Part shown: positions 37,701-47,553 of the stretch, one piece after another
Position numbering within the stretch: the first letter of the stretch is position 1
Layout of the letters: each line of letters begins with the position of its first letter
Position numbers and translations under genes: made by a program
Notes under the pieces: generated by a model
Told to the model about the DNA's origin: nothing
The model's database searches: none
The model's input: the letters and a program-made list of their open reading frames with translations, nothing else
Source: a virus
Direction: 5' to 3' (one strand)
Length of the DNA stretch: 64,000 nt
UHGV virus genome: UHGV-1351772

Positions 37701-38361
37701 TATAAGGAAGAGATCTTGAGATCAGATTTTTGAGAGAGTTAAAAATTTAAGATCGATCCGAGAGACTTAGTGTCTCTCGAAGAGTATTAAAAAATTTAAA
37801 AGATCAAAAAACCAAAGCTAGAGAACTACTCAACCTGAATCTTCAGTGTGTGAAGATTCAGTAAGTTGATCAATCCAGCTGATCCGCTAGTACGCGAAGC
37901 GTGAATGTTTTTTTGATCGTCGCGGCGGCCGGTCCGCCGACCCGAGGGTGGGGTGGAACTGGTCGAGGGGAATGCCCCTCAGGCGCTCTCAATCGCGCTG
38001 TAACGAGTTAAACGGGGTTCTGGTACCCAAGTGTACCCCTTGAGGAGATTTTTGCGTCAAAATGCGTTCTAGAGCGTTTTACGATGGGGTGGGTTTTCGA
38101 CCCACTCAGGGATAGGGGTTGGCGTGACAGCTCGAACGACAAAATCGTGGTTTCATGGCGTTGAGTGAAAATAAATTCAAAACCCACAACCAAAAACACC
38201 CTCAAATTCTTCGTAGGAAGCTCTCTGACGAGATAAACGTGGGTAAGGGGTACGAACGTACCGCCTGGAAAGAAAAATGCGTTAGAATCGCTCTCAGCGC
38301 GTTTTTGATTTTTGGGCAAAAAAATAAAACGGGGGAGACTTCGGTCTCCCCAGAATATTTT

Positions 38362-39486
38362 TTACAGAGTCGTCAGTTCTTTTGACGGATAGTACAGTTT
38401 CACATCGACCAAACTGTAACCGGTGGCGTAGAACACCTGATTTCCGACCGAAGCAATAAACCCTTCAGGGTCGATAACGTCAACCGAGAAATCGGAATCG
38501 AATAGCCAGGTTTCTTGTTCCCCTTCCCGTTCGAAAACGGCAGCGTAACGCCCGTATTCTGGGCCTCGGCGGAAACGAAACAGCGTTAATCCTGTCTCAC
38601 GTTCTAAGCCATAAATCACCCCATTTTCTTCGTAGATTTCAGCGCGATTACAGCGTGTAACCGTCAACAACGCAGGCCGTTGTGTCGGGATTGTTTTAAA
38701 CGGTGAAGGCCCATCGTATGTCGTTGAAACCCAATCACCGAGACTGTCTAACGCCAGTGCTCGATACGCGATAGGTGACTTGTAGTTACACAACCTGTTG
38801 CCCTCGGTGTACATCGTGTATTCGATGCGTAACGTAGTACCGATGATGTCGTTCAAACTCAGTTTGTAGTGCGCTAACTGGGCTTGTATACGACAGGACA
38901 GAATTGTACACAGGAAAGTGTGACCCTCTGTAGAACGGCACACAACTCCGTAATCGGTCACTGCCAGTAACGTGGCATCTGTTTTACGGACGGGTTCCAG
39001 GCGAAACACCTCATTTTCAGTTTCTACGAGGAACTGCGAAACCGCTTGGTTTCTGGATTTAGCTTTAATCGTATCGAACACATCACCCGCTTTTACGATT
39101 AACGGTTCTACCACGTTTACCTGAAACGGCAGCGGTTTAGTTGGGTATTGTCCCAACGTTGTAATCGTTACTGAGTTGAGTTCTGGGTCCGATGCGTCAG
39201 GATCACCAGACAACCAATACGTTAGCCATTTCGACAACGTCTGGGGAATGACGCGCGTGGTGTAAAACAGAATTTCGCCATGTAAACCTGCCTCTGCCAA
39301 TTCGCGTGCAAGAAACGAGTTGACCGCGTCGTAGGTACCGTTGCGCAAGATGTCCATACCCCCGACACGAACCAAATCACAAATTACGCCGTGTGGAAGA
39401 ACCCACATTTTGACGTTTTGATTTCGGTCGATGGTACCTTCGCGCAGCATTCTGTGCCAAACGGGTTTACGTAAGTAATTTCTCAT
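38362..39486 (-). CDS. hypothetical protein (374 aa)
   Basis: Minus-strand ORF, first gene after promoter motif d. Confidence 0.55.
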   Translation of the reverse strand: MRNYLRKPVWHRMLREGTIDRNQNVKMWVLPHGVICDLVRVGGMDILRNGTYDAVNSFLARELAEAGLHGEILFYTTRVIPQTLSKWLTYWLSGDPDASDPELNSVTITTLGQYPTKPLPFQVNVVEPLIVKAGDVFDTIKAKSRNQAVSQFLVETENEVFRLEPVRKTDATLLAVTDYGVVCRSTEGHTFLCTILSCRIQAQLAHYKLSLNDIIGTTLRIEYTMYTEGNRLCNYKSPIAYRALALDSLGDWVSTTYDGPSPFKTIPTQRPALLTVTRCNRAEIYEENGVIYGLERETGLTLFRFRRGPEYGRYAAVFEREGEQETWLFDSDFSVDVIDPEGFIASVGNQVFYATGYSLVDVKLYYPSKELTTL

Positions 39487-39520
39487 TTTAAAACTCCTTT
39501 AGGTAGAATAAGACTCTCAC

Positions 39521-39547
39521 TAGGATAATATCTATCCGTAATTATTT
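39521..39547. promoter_or_regulatory. conserved palindromic promoter motif (copy d)
   Basis: taggataatatctatccgtaattattt between divergent starts at 39486 (-) and 39560 (+). Confidence 0.55.
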
Positions 39548-39559
39548 CGAGGTTCACTA

Positions 39560-40936
39560 ATGGCTGAACTGGTTTATGATTTTACATCCGGCTGCTACCA
39601 GAAAGCTGGAACTCGCGTCGCTCAGGAATCGTTCGGCCGTGATCCGTTCTTCGATGACGCGGAAACCTCATCGGGTTTGTACTACGACTACGGTTTTGGT
39701 GGCTACGTACCGATGGGATTCTCTGTTGCACACGAAGCCCGTCGCGACGACCGTTTACGTAAAGCGTTTGACGGCGTGTTTAATAAACTCGTGATTGACC
39801 GCAAATTGGCGTCTAAGCTGCGTCACTACGTAAGCGGAATACTCTCTCGTGAAGGTAACGTGGAGTGGTTAGGGTCGAACCTCCTCGGTGTTCACAGCAT
39901 CCGTTTTTTCGATTCGGACCGTAATCGTCTGTTCGATGAAGTTATCAACGTTGACGAAGATTATCTGTCGGAACTGATTAAAGAGTCCCAGTCGATTAAT
40001 ACCGATTGGCAGGTCGCGGGTGATACGTATAACCTGACCATCGTGTATTTGTTGCACCTGATGATTCCAAAGTTTGGCGACAAAGAAATCCTCGCTGCAG
40101 CCATCGACCTGGTGACGATACTCCAGTTTAAATTCTACTCGAGTATTTACTATCACTTCTTTCCGAAACCGGTTGATCTCCCTGCAGCAGAAGCGGCGTA
40201 TTCGATGCTCTCAATGAAATTCGATATTCGACGTTTGGGTAACTGGGGGCTGCATATGGCAGAACGTGCAACGTATTTCTGTTCGCCCGAATACCCGAAC
40301 TACGACGCCGTAAAACGTTTCGATACCCCCGACTTGGTACTGCGTTATATCACCGATTTAAATACACGTACGAAACAAACCGTGAAAGACTACTACGCGG
40401 TGCTCGATCGTGTACGTCGTGAGAATACTCGCGTGGTTAGTCAATCCGCGCGTATCGAGTTAGATGGCCAGTCTGTAATCCGTGATAAAGTCGGTGCACT
40501 AGAGATTGCAAAACAGAATCTGTTTGATGCGTCTTACGACATTAACAATCTGTACAAGGAAGAGTTGGCTCGTGTGGTGCTAGAAATGGTGCCCAAAGCA
40601 TCTCCCGCCGCGCTGAAAACGCTGCTGACTTATATCGCCAGTTTGCCGATTGGTAAGAAGCGTGATGAAATCAATAGCATTATGGAGGATACACTCTCAC
40701 ATGCTTTTGATGAGATTGTTACCAACCGTATCAACTTCAATGATGCGGTAACGGTGTTGCAGCGTATGCGTGCGTTGTATCAAGCATCGAAATCACCGAA
40801 CCCGTATGTGTTATCCCTACGGTCGAGAATTGAGAAATTGGCGGCGAAGGAAACACACATCCGACACGAATCCGCGTTAGCAGCTTTGCGTAATGCGTTG
40901 TTGTTATATTTCTTAATCCGGTCGTTACAGAAATAA
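39560..40936 (+). CDS. hypothetical protein (458 aa)
   Basis: Plus-strand ORF from the divergent promoter to a terminator. Confidence 0.55.
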   Translation: MAELVYDFTSGCYQKAGTRVAQESFGRDPFFDDAETSSGLYYDYGFGGYVPMGFSVAHEARRDDRLRKAFDGVFNKLVIDRKLASKLRHYVSGILSREGNVEWLGSNLLGVHSIRFFDSDRNRLFDEVINVDEDYLSELIKESQSINTDWQVAGDTYNLTIVYLLHLMIPKFGDKEILAAAIDLVTILQFKFYSSIYYHFFPKPVDLPAAEAAYSMLSMKFDIRRLGNWGLHMAERATYFCSPEYPNYDAVKRFDTPDLVLRYITDLNTRTKQTVKDYYAVLDRVRRENTRVVSQSARIELDGQSVIRDKVGALEIAKQNLFDASYDINNLYKEELARVVLEMVPKASPAALKTLLTYIASLPIGKKRDEINSIMEDTLSHAFDEIVTNRINFNDAVTVLQRMRALYQASKSPNPYVLSLRSRIEKLAAKETHIRHESALAALRNALLLYFLIRSLQK

Positions 40937-40939
40937 AAA

Positions 40940-40985
40940 AAGAGTTAGCCAGTAACCCTAACGGGTTACTGGCTAGTTTATTTTA
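40940..40985. terminator. bidirectional intrinsic terminator
   Basis: tagccagtaaccc-taac-gggttactggcta hairpin with A-run upstream and gtttatttt downstream. Confidence 0.65.
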
Positions 40986-40992
40986 GCTGGGT

Positions 40993-41232
40993 TCAATGGG
41001 GCCCTGACATTACCACGAGGTGTATAGAGTAGACCATATTTAGCGCATAGGTAGCTGACGAACCTGCTACCATCAGACCAAATACTGCAAATGCCTGTAC
41101 ATACCGTGTTTTTCGTAGTGGGAAACCTTGCGAACGTCCGTATTGTTTTATCGCTTGGTAACTCTCGCGGATCATTTTATACGTCGCTATCCACGAAAAG
41201 AACACAAGTAAATAGTAAATTGGAGCCATCAC
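40993..41232 (-). CDS. small membrane protein (two predicted TM helices)
   Basis: 79 aa with two hydrophobic stretches (APIYYLLVFFSWIATY; VQAFAVFGLMVAGSSATYALNMV); start overlaps the terminase stop (ATGA). Confidence 0.45.
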   Translation of the reverse strand: MMAPIYYLLVFFSWIATYKMIRESYQAIKQYGRSQGFPLRKTRYVQAFAVFGLMVAGSSATYALNMVYSIHLVVMSGPH

Positions 41233-43337
41233 TTCATCCTCTGGCGTTGGATAAGCTCTCTTAAGCTTTCCATTGACGCCACGTTTTGTGTATCAGTGTT
41301 AAGTTGAGCAATGAGGGACTGGAGACGGTTACGAGCAGCCATTGCTTGAACCGGGTCTAATAACCCGTTTGTGGTTCGCACAAGACGCTCAATTTCCCCC
41401 ATCAGTTCCTGCTGTCGCGCCTCCTCCTCGAGTTGTAATTCCTCATCCACCCCTTCACGATTTTCGACTAAATTACGATTGCGCATCATCAATCGACTGT
41501 TGTTGATTTCATAATGCCCCAGGTTATTCCCAAGCAGCAATAACCACATCGCAAGTAACCAAGAAATCACGAGGTCGTCATGACCTGAAGCTTTGTGGTC
41601 AATACGACCATTTTTCTCCACGAGGTTAAGTATCTGGTCGATGAGTTCTCCGCAACGGAGTTTATCCGCGGATAAGCGCAACGCTGTGGTGAATACCTCA
41701 CCGTACAGTTTACGACGTTTTTCCTGGTCGGTTGAGAAACCGATATATTTACGGAATTTATTCCAGAACTTCTCAGCGTTACCAATAGGTCCACGGTGAT
41801 ACTCTTTGTAGAGATCGTCCGTACGTGAGTAGTCCTGAGTGATTCTCACAAATAAACGGCGATGTAAGTCCGTGACGCGAGACTGTAACTGCAGGATAAT
41901 TGCATCAGCCACAGACGAGCCAGTAGACCGTCGTTCCAGGATTAGTACCGTGTTAGGATATCGCACCATAAAATCCGCTAAATGAATCGCGAAAGAGATA
42001 ACGTTAGATTCGTTAACGGTTAATTTACCTGCATACTCTGCGGTCACAGAGTTAACAATAGACATGGCGATCGCGTCTCGACCCACCGCCTCAGAGGTAT
42101 CCAACCCGATGACGTGTCGGTCTTTGAGCTTCGTCATCATCTCCTCTTCGGTGTAGTACCAGTCGGTAACGTAGTTTTGTGGTGAAATATCTTTAAACAC
42201 AGCACGCATACGGGAAGCATTCATACGATCTGCATCTTCCGCTGAGAACGGCTTGTTCAGACCACCGGTAGTCCATTCACCCCCGAAGTCACGACGGATC
42301 TGGTCAGGGGTACCTTTGGCGTTCGCAATCATTGCCGCTAACTGCTCATCGCTGGTACCGAGCTGACGGTGGTTGTACTTCACGTAGAACATGATACGTG
42401 GGACTTCTGCCGTGGAGTTAGAACGGATGATATCAATGAGCTGTTTACGGGTTGGAATGTCGATATAGCGCTCATCCCACATAATCCCCGACGTCATCAG
42501 CTCGTACATGTACTTGCCTTCTTCCGTCGCTAAGTCACCAGGGGTTGTTGCGAATACGTTACCGTAAGGAACACCTTCCGCTTCGTTAATACGGCGAGCC
42601 GCTGTACCGGATGCCAGGGCTGCCGGTAGAATGTGGTGTACGTTTTTGGTAAAGGGGCCTTCGTCCGAGAACAGACGACCAGCGGTGAGTCCACGACCGA
42701 TACCGTTAGCAGATTCTGGGTCGTTTTGGCCGATACCCGTAATCAGTTTGTTACCCTGGGCTAAACACGCAAAAGTTTCGCGGTTATCTGGATCATCTGG
42801 ATGTGCTGGCCACAAGTAAGACGGTAGACCGTTACGTAGTTGCTTAAGTTTGTTAATGGTTTCTTCACGCAGTGCCGGTCCTTTTGTGATAAGAATCGTA
42901 CGAGAGTTTTCCAGAAACCGAATTAACCACAATAGTAATCCGCTCATCCCGACGGTTTTACCATGCTGACGGAGGAACTCGACGGCGGCGTCGATGTTGT
43001 TGAAGAAAATCCAATACATCGAAAAGTTACCACGGTCGATACGGAACGGCGACCCGTATTTCATACCGTCCGCAGGTACCCTGACGCACTCTCGAAACCA
43101 GTACCAAGGGTTTTCAGCACACTCGATGGCGATATACGCTTTCTGCTCGTCCGTTAGGTTTTCGTCAAAAGGATCGACCCCTTGCAGTAAAGGGTTATGT
43201 AAGGCGAGATGAATATAGTAGTGCTTTACACCCAGCTTTTTTAGGATATTTGCAAACTTGATAAACGATTTGTTTGTGGTTTTATCGTCAACAATAGCGC
43301 CTGGATAATAACGCCAGTCCGATTCACGTAGTATCAT
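41229..43337 (-). CDS. terL: terminase large subunit (T4 gp17-like ATPase/nuclease)
   Basis: Walker A LRQHGKTVGMS closely resembles T4 gp17 SRQLGKT; 702 aa, a typical size for a two-domain large terminase. Confidence 0.55.
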   Translation of the reverse strand: MILRESDWRYYPGAIVDDKTTNKSFIKFANILKKLGVKHYYIHLALHNPLLQGVDPFDENLTDEQKAYIAIECAENPWYWFRECVRVPADGMKYGSPFRIDRGNFSMYWIFFNNIDAAVEFLRQHGKTVGMSGLLLWLIRFLENSRTILITKGPALREETINKLKQLRNGLPSYLWPAHPDDPDNRETFACLAQGNKLITGIGQNDPESANGIGRGLTAGRLFSDEGPFTKNVHHILPAALASGTAARRINEAEGVPYGNVFATTPGDLATEEGKYMYELMTSGIMWDERYIDIPTRKQLIDIIRSNSTAEVPRIMFYVKYNHRQLGTSDEQLAAMIANAKGTPDQIRRDFGGEWTTGGLNKPFSAEDADRMNASRMRAVFKDISPQNYVTDWYYTEEEMMTKLKDRHVIGLDTSEAVGRDAIAMSIVNSVTAEYAGKLTVNESNVISFAIHLADFMVRYPNTVLILERRSTGSSVADAIILQLQSRVTDLHRRLFVRITQDYSRTDDLYKEYHRGPIGNAEKFWNKFRKYIGFSTDQEKRRKLYGEVFTTALRLSADKLRCGELIDQILNLVEKNGRIDHKASGHDDLVISWLLAMWLLLLGNNLGHYEINNSRLMMRNRNLVENREGVDEELQLEEEARQQELMGEIERLVRTTNGLLDPVQAMAARNRLQSLIAQLNTDTQNVASMESLRELIQRQRMK

Positions 43338-43383
43338 ACAGACTCCTCACCTCCTACCCTTTCGGGTAGGAGGCTTGTTATAT

Positions 43384-45024
43384 TTATTCGATGTGGTGCG
43401 CCAACATTGGCGACGCGGCTAAGTTTAACGTATCTGTTGGTGTGCGACGTATCCAACGAATCACTAGCGGAGCGTCCAGTGGTACGCGGTAGTCGATAAC
43501 CTTTTTATCCAACCACTCATCTACGCTATAGGTGTAAACTTTACCCCCGACGTGGATTTCGAAGTGTGTTGGTTCAGGTGGCTCTGATTCATTACGGCGG
43601 TCGTACAACGGATAAATCGGCTCGTACAACAGCTTCAACCATTCCGCCTTAGAGGCCACTTTGTTACTGACGTCGATTTCAGAATAATTGACGTTGGAGT
43701 ATTTAAATTCCGCCCATACGTTTTCCCCATACTTCATACCGTCTGGGAGGTATTCCAGAATGAAGTTCGAGTTCAGTTCGTTACCCGGATTTACAAGCGT
43801 AATAGCGAATGACTGAGACTGAATAAACGCACGGAATTTACTGTCTACTTTACTGATATCGACCTGAACGTTAAGGCGTTGTTTAACACCCATCAGTAAC
43901 GGATCGAAGGTCGTGCCCGTGGTGTAGTTAACGTGTGCTGTTGCATCGTAGACTTTACCGCGTGTCAGGTTATACAGCAAGAAGTCCAGACGATAACCGC
44001 GTGTGGCATCCAACCATCTCGGTACAACGAAAAGTTTCATGCTGTAGGCACCGTCGACCTGCTCTGTTACCGCCGTATAGTTTTTCACAATGGTGTCACC
44101 TACGACATCGGTACCCCCGTAAGTTTCACCTCTGGATAACTTATAGCTTAGTACGCATGGTAGCGTGTTGCCTGAGTTAGAAGCGATGTAGAACGTGTCG
44201 TGTGAACCTGCGTTACGTAGGCCGTTGAATTTCACACGAGCCTGGTCGATAGGTAGACGTTTTGTGCCATCGCTGTAAACAACATCACACCAAAGCGGTA
44301 TAGACTCGATTGGCATGTTGATCGGCAGCGTCAGTGTGGTGCCGTCGTTGTCTACCAAGAACGGTGACACTAACTTAATACCTAACACCGTGCGCGCTGG
44401 CGTTTCTTGCGGCATTACCAGGTTCGTTTTGATAATGTGTGCGTGACCGATTTGCACCACGTTACCGACGTCGGAGTAAACAGCGAACATACATTCTTCG
44501 CCGTTCTCGACCTCAGCTAAGCAAGCACCAGGTAACGTTTGTTTAACGACACGCTCTGCACCTTCGACAGAAATCGTCTGGACCGGTAAGTAAGTGTATT
44601 TCAATTTACCGTCTTTGTAGTAGCCGGAGAGTATTTCCGCACTGTCGTCAACTTTACTGCCTCGGAAAATGCGCACCCCGTCCACATCCGGTCCTTCAAA
44701 GGTGAGTGCGTTATCTAACACCATTGTTGCCGGGAGCTTCGTAGAATCCACGTAGACGCGATATTTATCGCTACGCAGTGGGTAGTGTCCGTTCAGACGA
44801 CCGTCTTGATTAGCCACCCCTACACCGCCCCACGGTTCTGTTTCCCACGACGGTTTGGCGTAGTTAACGCTTATGACGATATCGAAACCGGAGGTGATAT
44901 CGTTAACGATCAGATCTTTCGGGTTCGGTACGTATCCGGTTGGGCGTTCCGGCGCATAGAGTTCTTCAGGACGCCATACACGGAACCCGCGATCCTTATT
45001 AATAATGTCGGTTGTTAAGGCCAT
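43384..45024 (-). CDS. hypothetical virion structural protein (beta-rich; tail or baseplate associated?)
   Basis: 546-aa ORF upstream of the terminase in the same operon; composition rich in T/V/Y/N/G, no catalytic motif. Confidence 0.45.
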   Translation of the reverse strand: MALTTDIINKDRGFRVWRPEELYAPERPTGYVPNPKDLIVNDITSGFDIVISVNYAKPSWETEPWGGVGVANQDGRLNGHYPLRSDKYRVYVDSTKLPATMVLDNALTFEGPDVDGVRIFRGSKVDDSAEILSGYYKDGKLKYTYLPVQTISVEGAERVVKQTLPGACLAEVENGEECMFAVYSDVGNVVQIGHAHIIKTNLVMPQETPARTVLGIKLVSPFLVDNDGTTLTLPINMPIESIPLWCDVVYSDGTKRLPIDQARVKFNGLRNAGSHDTFYIASNSGNTLPCVLSYKLSRGETYGGTDVVGDTIVKNYTAVTEQVDGAYSMKLFVVPRWLDATRGYRLDFLLYNLTRGKVYDATAHVNYTTGTTFDPLLMGVKQRLNVQVDISKVDSKFRAFIQSQSFAITLVNPGNELNSNFILEYLPDGMKYGENVWAEFKYSNVNYSEIDVSNKVASKAEWLKLLYEPIYPLYDRRNESEPPEPTHFEIHVGGKVYTYSVDEWLDKKVIDYRVPLDAPLVIRWIRRTPTDTLNLAASPMLAHHIE

Positions 45025-45026
45025 GA

Positions 45027-47543
45027 TTAACCCTTGATTTTCAGATACTGGTTCAGCTGAACTTCACCATTCAGATACCGCTCGTTAACGCGATCCAAAA
45101 ACGCGAACCCGAGTTCGTTAACTTCTACGGTTTGGTATTTCACATGCGGATGGAGCTTGACAAACGCTTTATCGTAACCGATGTACGCGGGGTCGAACGG
45201 AAGCAGGTCTTTATACCGCTCCATAATCTCATCCAACTGTGTTGTTGAAATACGATAATCTGGATCGTCTTCCACGAGGGTGAGAACACCCTGTAAGTAG
45301 TCCCACAGGATTTTATTCAACGTAGGTGAATATAGGTGATACAGGTGCGGTAAAGGCACCGGGTTCTGTGGAGGCGGTGTCGGGAACCAGTTAGTCATGT
45401 AATTTTCTACTCGACTATCCAGATCACGCGCTACGTCTCTGAGCGCATACGTGTTCCCCGTTACCAGTGTACGCAACGGTATTGTAGGGTCGTCGACAGA
45501 GTAGGGATAACCATCATCAACAATTTTGACGCCTACCGTGTTGTCCTCGCGGAACACTACCTCGTCGCGTAATAGCAAGGAACCGCCAGCAACGACACGA
45601 ATAACTTTGTCGTCACGACAATCGAATTGGTTGTTATTTGATAACAGCCCGCTTGAGACGAAACCGTGTTTCGGAATACGAAGTTCACCGGTGACACCAC
45701 GACAACGCACCGCGATGTGGTTTTCATCAGTATCGCTCATCCAAGCTTTACAGACTACAACGATTTCTGGCCAAATGACGTGATAATCGATACCGTGTAC
45801 CAGAGGGTGTCCGTTTAACCACACTTCAACAGTTTCCATCGGAATCCACAGAGTGCGTTGTTTACCTTCTTGGTTTCGGGCCAGAATAGGAATACGAATC
45901 TCCCCTTCCCTGACCGCCACATCGATTTCGAAATACAGATGACGATCGTCGTAAATCACCGTAGGATGACGACGAGTACGGTCCACAGTCCAGGTAATGC
46001 TATTACCTTCACGGGTGTAATCCGTCCCTTCCACTGCCTTCAGATATTCGTCTCGTGGAATGTCATCGATAACCTTACGTAACCACAAGTTAACGTTTTG
46101 GCCTTCCTGAATCTCGAAATCGGCGGCGTTATCAACGATAGTTACTGTCTCGGCTTTATCGCCTTCAATCGCCTCGATAATTCTGGTGTTGGGGTTGCGT
46201 GCTTGGTATACGTCGTAACCACGGTTTTGATGTGCCTCTAACAGCAAACCATCGCCATCATACTCGTACACAGTCGAGTTGGTTGCCAATAACGCAGGTA
46301 AGGTAGCGCGGTACCCTCCTTCCGTTAACGTAAGACGCTGAGGGGTATCGGCGGCATAACGGCTTACGGCGTTGTAACCGTAGGCATCAGTACACAAATC
46401 GCGCGTAATATTCTCAAGCTTAGCTGCTGCCAATCGGTTAAAAGCAGCTTGTTCCAGATTAGCAGCCTGCCACTCTGTTACGTTCGCATTCGCACCGATC
46501 ATCGCGTCGATAATCAGGTCATCTGATAATCGGTATAAATCGTGTATGTGCGATGAGTTAAACAACGGCGTAATATCCAGATAGTCATCGCGGATAATCA
46601 GCCTGATGATCAGATCGTCCAGGTCGGTGATTGAGCCACTAAAAACGTTGCGATATTTTGCAATGCGTTCAGTCGGGATTGATAAATCGTTCCATGTTAG
46701 CTGACGTAGCGCCTGGTGGCGGTGACGATGGTAATAACGCCCCCGGCCTTTCCAATAAAGCTGGATCTCCGCATCGTTGTTAAAAATCCAGATGCCATCT
46801 TTTTTCGGAATATGGAGCAAGTATTTTCGTTTGCTATCCAGTTTGGACATAAACGTTTGTAAGTCGCCGCAGCGAAACTCTACAACACGACGAACGCGAC
46901 CATCGACGCGGATGTCGATATCGTCCCACGTTTTAATATCCGCAGGCTTTGGAGAATCAACCAGTTCTCCGTTTAACCAGAACTCAACGTACCCTTTGTT
47001 TTGTTGTTTCAGGTAATTAAACCGATCGATGACCTTTTGGACCTGTTCACGATTCGGCGGTGAATAAAACTCGACGGTCGTCGGGTTGATGTACGGTGCG
47101 TTTTCACCCCCGTTGTAACCAGGATAAATTCGCAGGTAACAAGGGTCGTTGTCCAACCAGGCATACCGATCGGATTGCGGAATAGCCATGTAAACCATTC
47201 CCGCACTGTTACGGTAGAAATAAACGTATTCGGAAGGAATTGTCGTTCCGTTTTCGTTATAGACCTGAATCCAGGTGCTAAAACCGTTTACGCAAGTGGA
47301 CAGTTTCTTCCAACGGTTTAGGGGGATAGCAAGATTCCCCCAGTTTACGTGAAGTTTATCCACCGCATAGGCGTGCCACCACGAATTCTCTTTCGGTAAA
47401 GCGACCGGAATCCGACCGTGTTTGAAAAAGCCGATCGCCCCGGTCTTGGGTGAAAGACGGAAGGGTGCGATGTTGAGCACCCCGTCAAGATATGGACGCT
47501 GCCACGCTTTTTGGATGGCGTGGGCGACCAGCCAGTTCTCCAT
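45027..47543 (-). CDS. hypothetical virion structural protein (838 aa, W/Y/N-rich)
   Basis: Long ORF 3 bp upstream of the previous gene; composition typical of tail/baseplate proteins; not portal-like by composition. Confidence 0.45.
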   Translation of the reverse strand: MENWLVAHAIQKAWQRPYLDGVLNIAPFRLSPKTGAIGFFKHGRIPVALPKENSWWHAYAVDKLHVNWGNLAIPLNRWKKLSTCVNGFSTWIQVYNENGTTIPSEYVYFYRNSAGMVYMAIPQSDRYAWLDNDPCYLRIYPGYNGGENAPYINPTTVEFYSPPNREQVQKVIDRFNYLKQQNKGYVEFWLNGELVDSPKPADIKTWDDIDIRVDGRVRRVVEFRCGDLQTFMSKLDSKRKYLLHIPKKDGIWIFNNDAEIQLYWKGRGRYYHRHRHQALRQLTWNDLSIPTERIAKYRNVFSGSITDLDDLIIRLIIRDDYLDITPLFNSSHIHDLYRLSDDLIIDAMIGANANVTEWQAANLEQAAFNRLAAAKLENITRDLCTDAYGYNAVSRYAADTPQRLTLTEGGYRATLPALLATNSTVYEYDGDGLLLEAHQNRGYDVYQARNPNTRIIEAIEGDKAETVTIVDNAADFEIQEGQNVNLWLRKVIDDIPRDEYLKAVEGTDYTREGNSITWTVDRTRRHPTVIYDDRHLYFEIDVAVREGEIRIPILARNQEGKQRTLWIPMETVEVWLNGHPLVHGIDYHVIWPEIVVVCKAWMSDTDENHIAVRCRGVTGELRIPKHGFVSSGLLSNNNQFDCRDDKVIRVVAGGSLLLRDEVVFREDNTVGVKIVDDGYPYSVDDPTIPLRTLVTGNTYALRDVARDLDSRVENYMTNWFPTPPPQNPVPLPHLYHLYSPTLNKILWDYLQGVLTLVEDDPDYRISTTQLDEIMERYKDLLPFDPAYIGYDKAFVKLHPHVKYQTVEVNELGFAFLDRVNERYLNGEVQLNQYLKIKG

Positions 47544-47553
47544 AGTGGACCTC

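Larger units (their letters stand above)
37458..37918. repeat. GATC cluster (13 sites in ~460 bp) with iteron-like direct repeats and short inverted repeats
   Basis: GATC at 37458, 37489, 37494, 37508, 37635, 37712, 37720, 37751, 37755, 37802, 37868, 37881, 37915 (expected ~2); direct repeat gagagttaaaaatttaagatc / gagtattaaaaaatttaaaagatc; inverted repeats cgagagac-ttagt-gtctctcg and tgaatcttca-gtgtg-tgaagattca. Confidence 0.6.
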
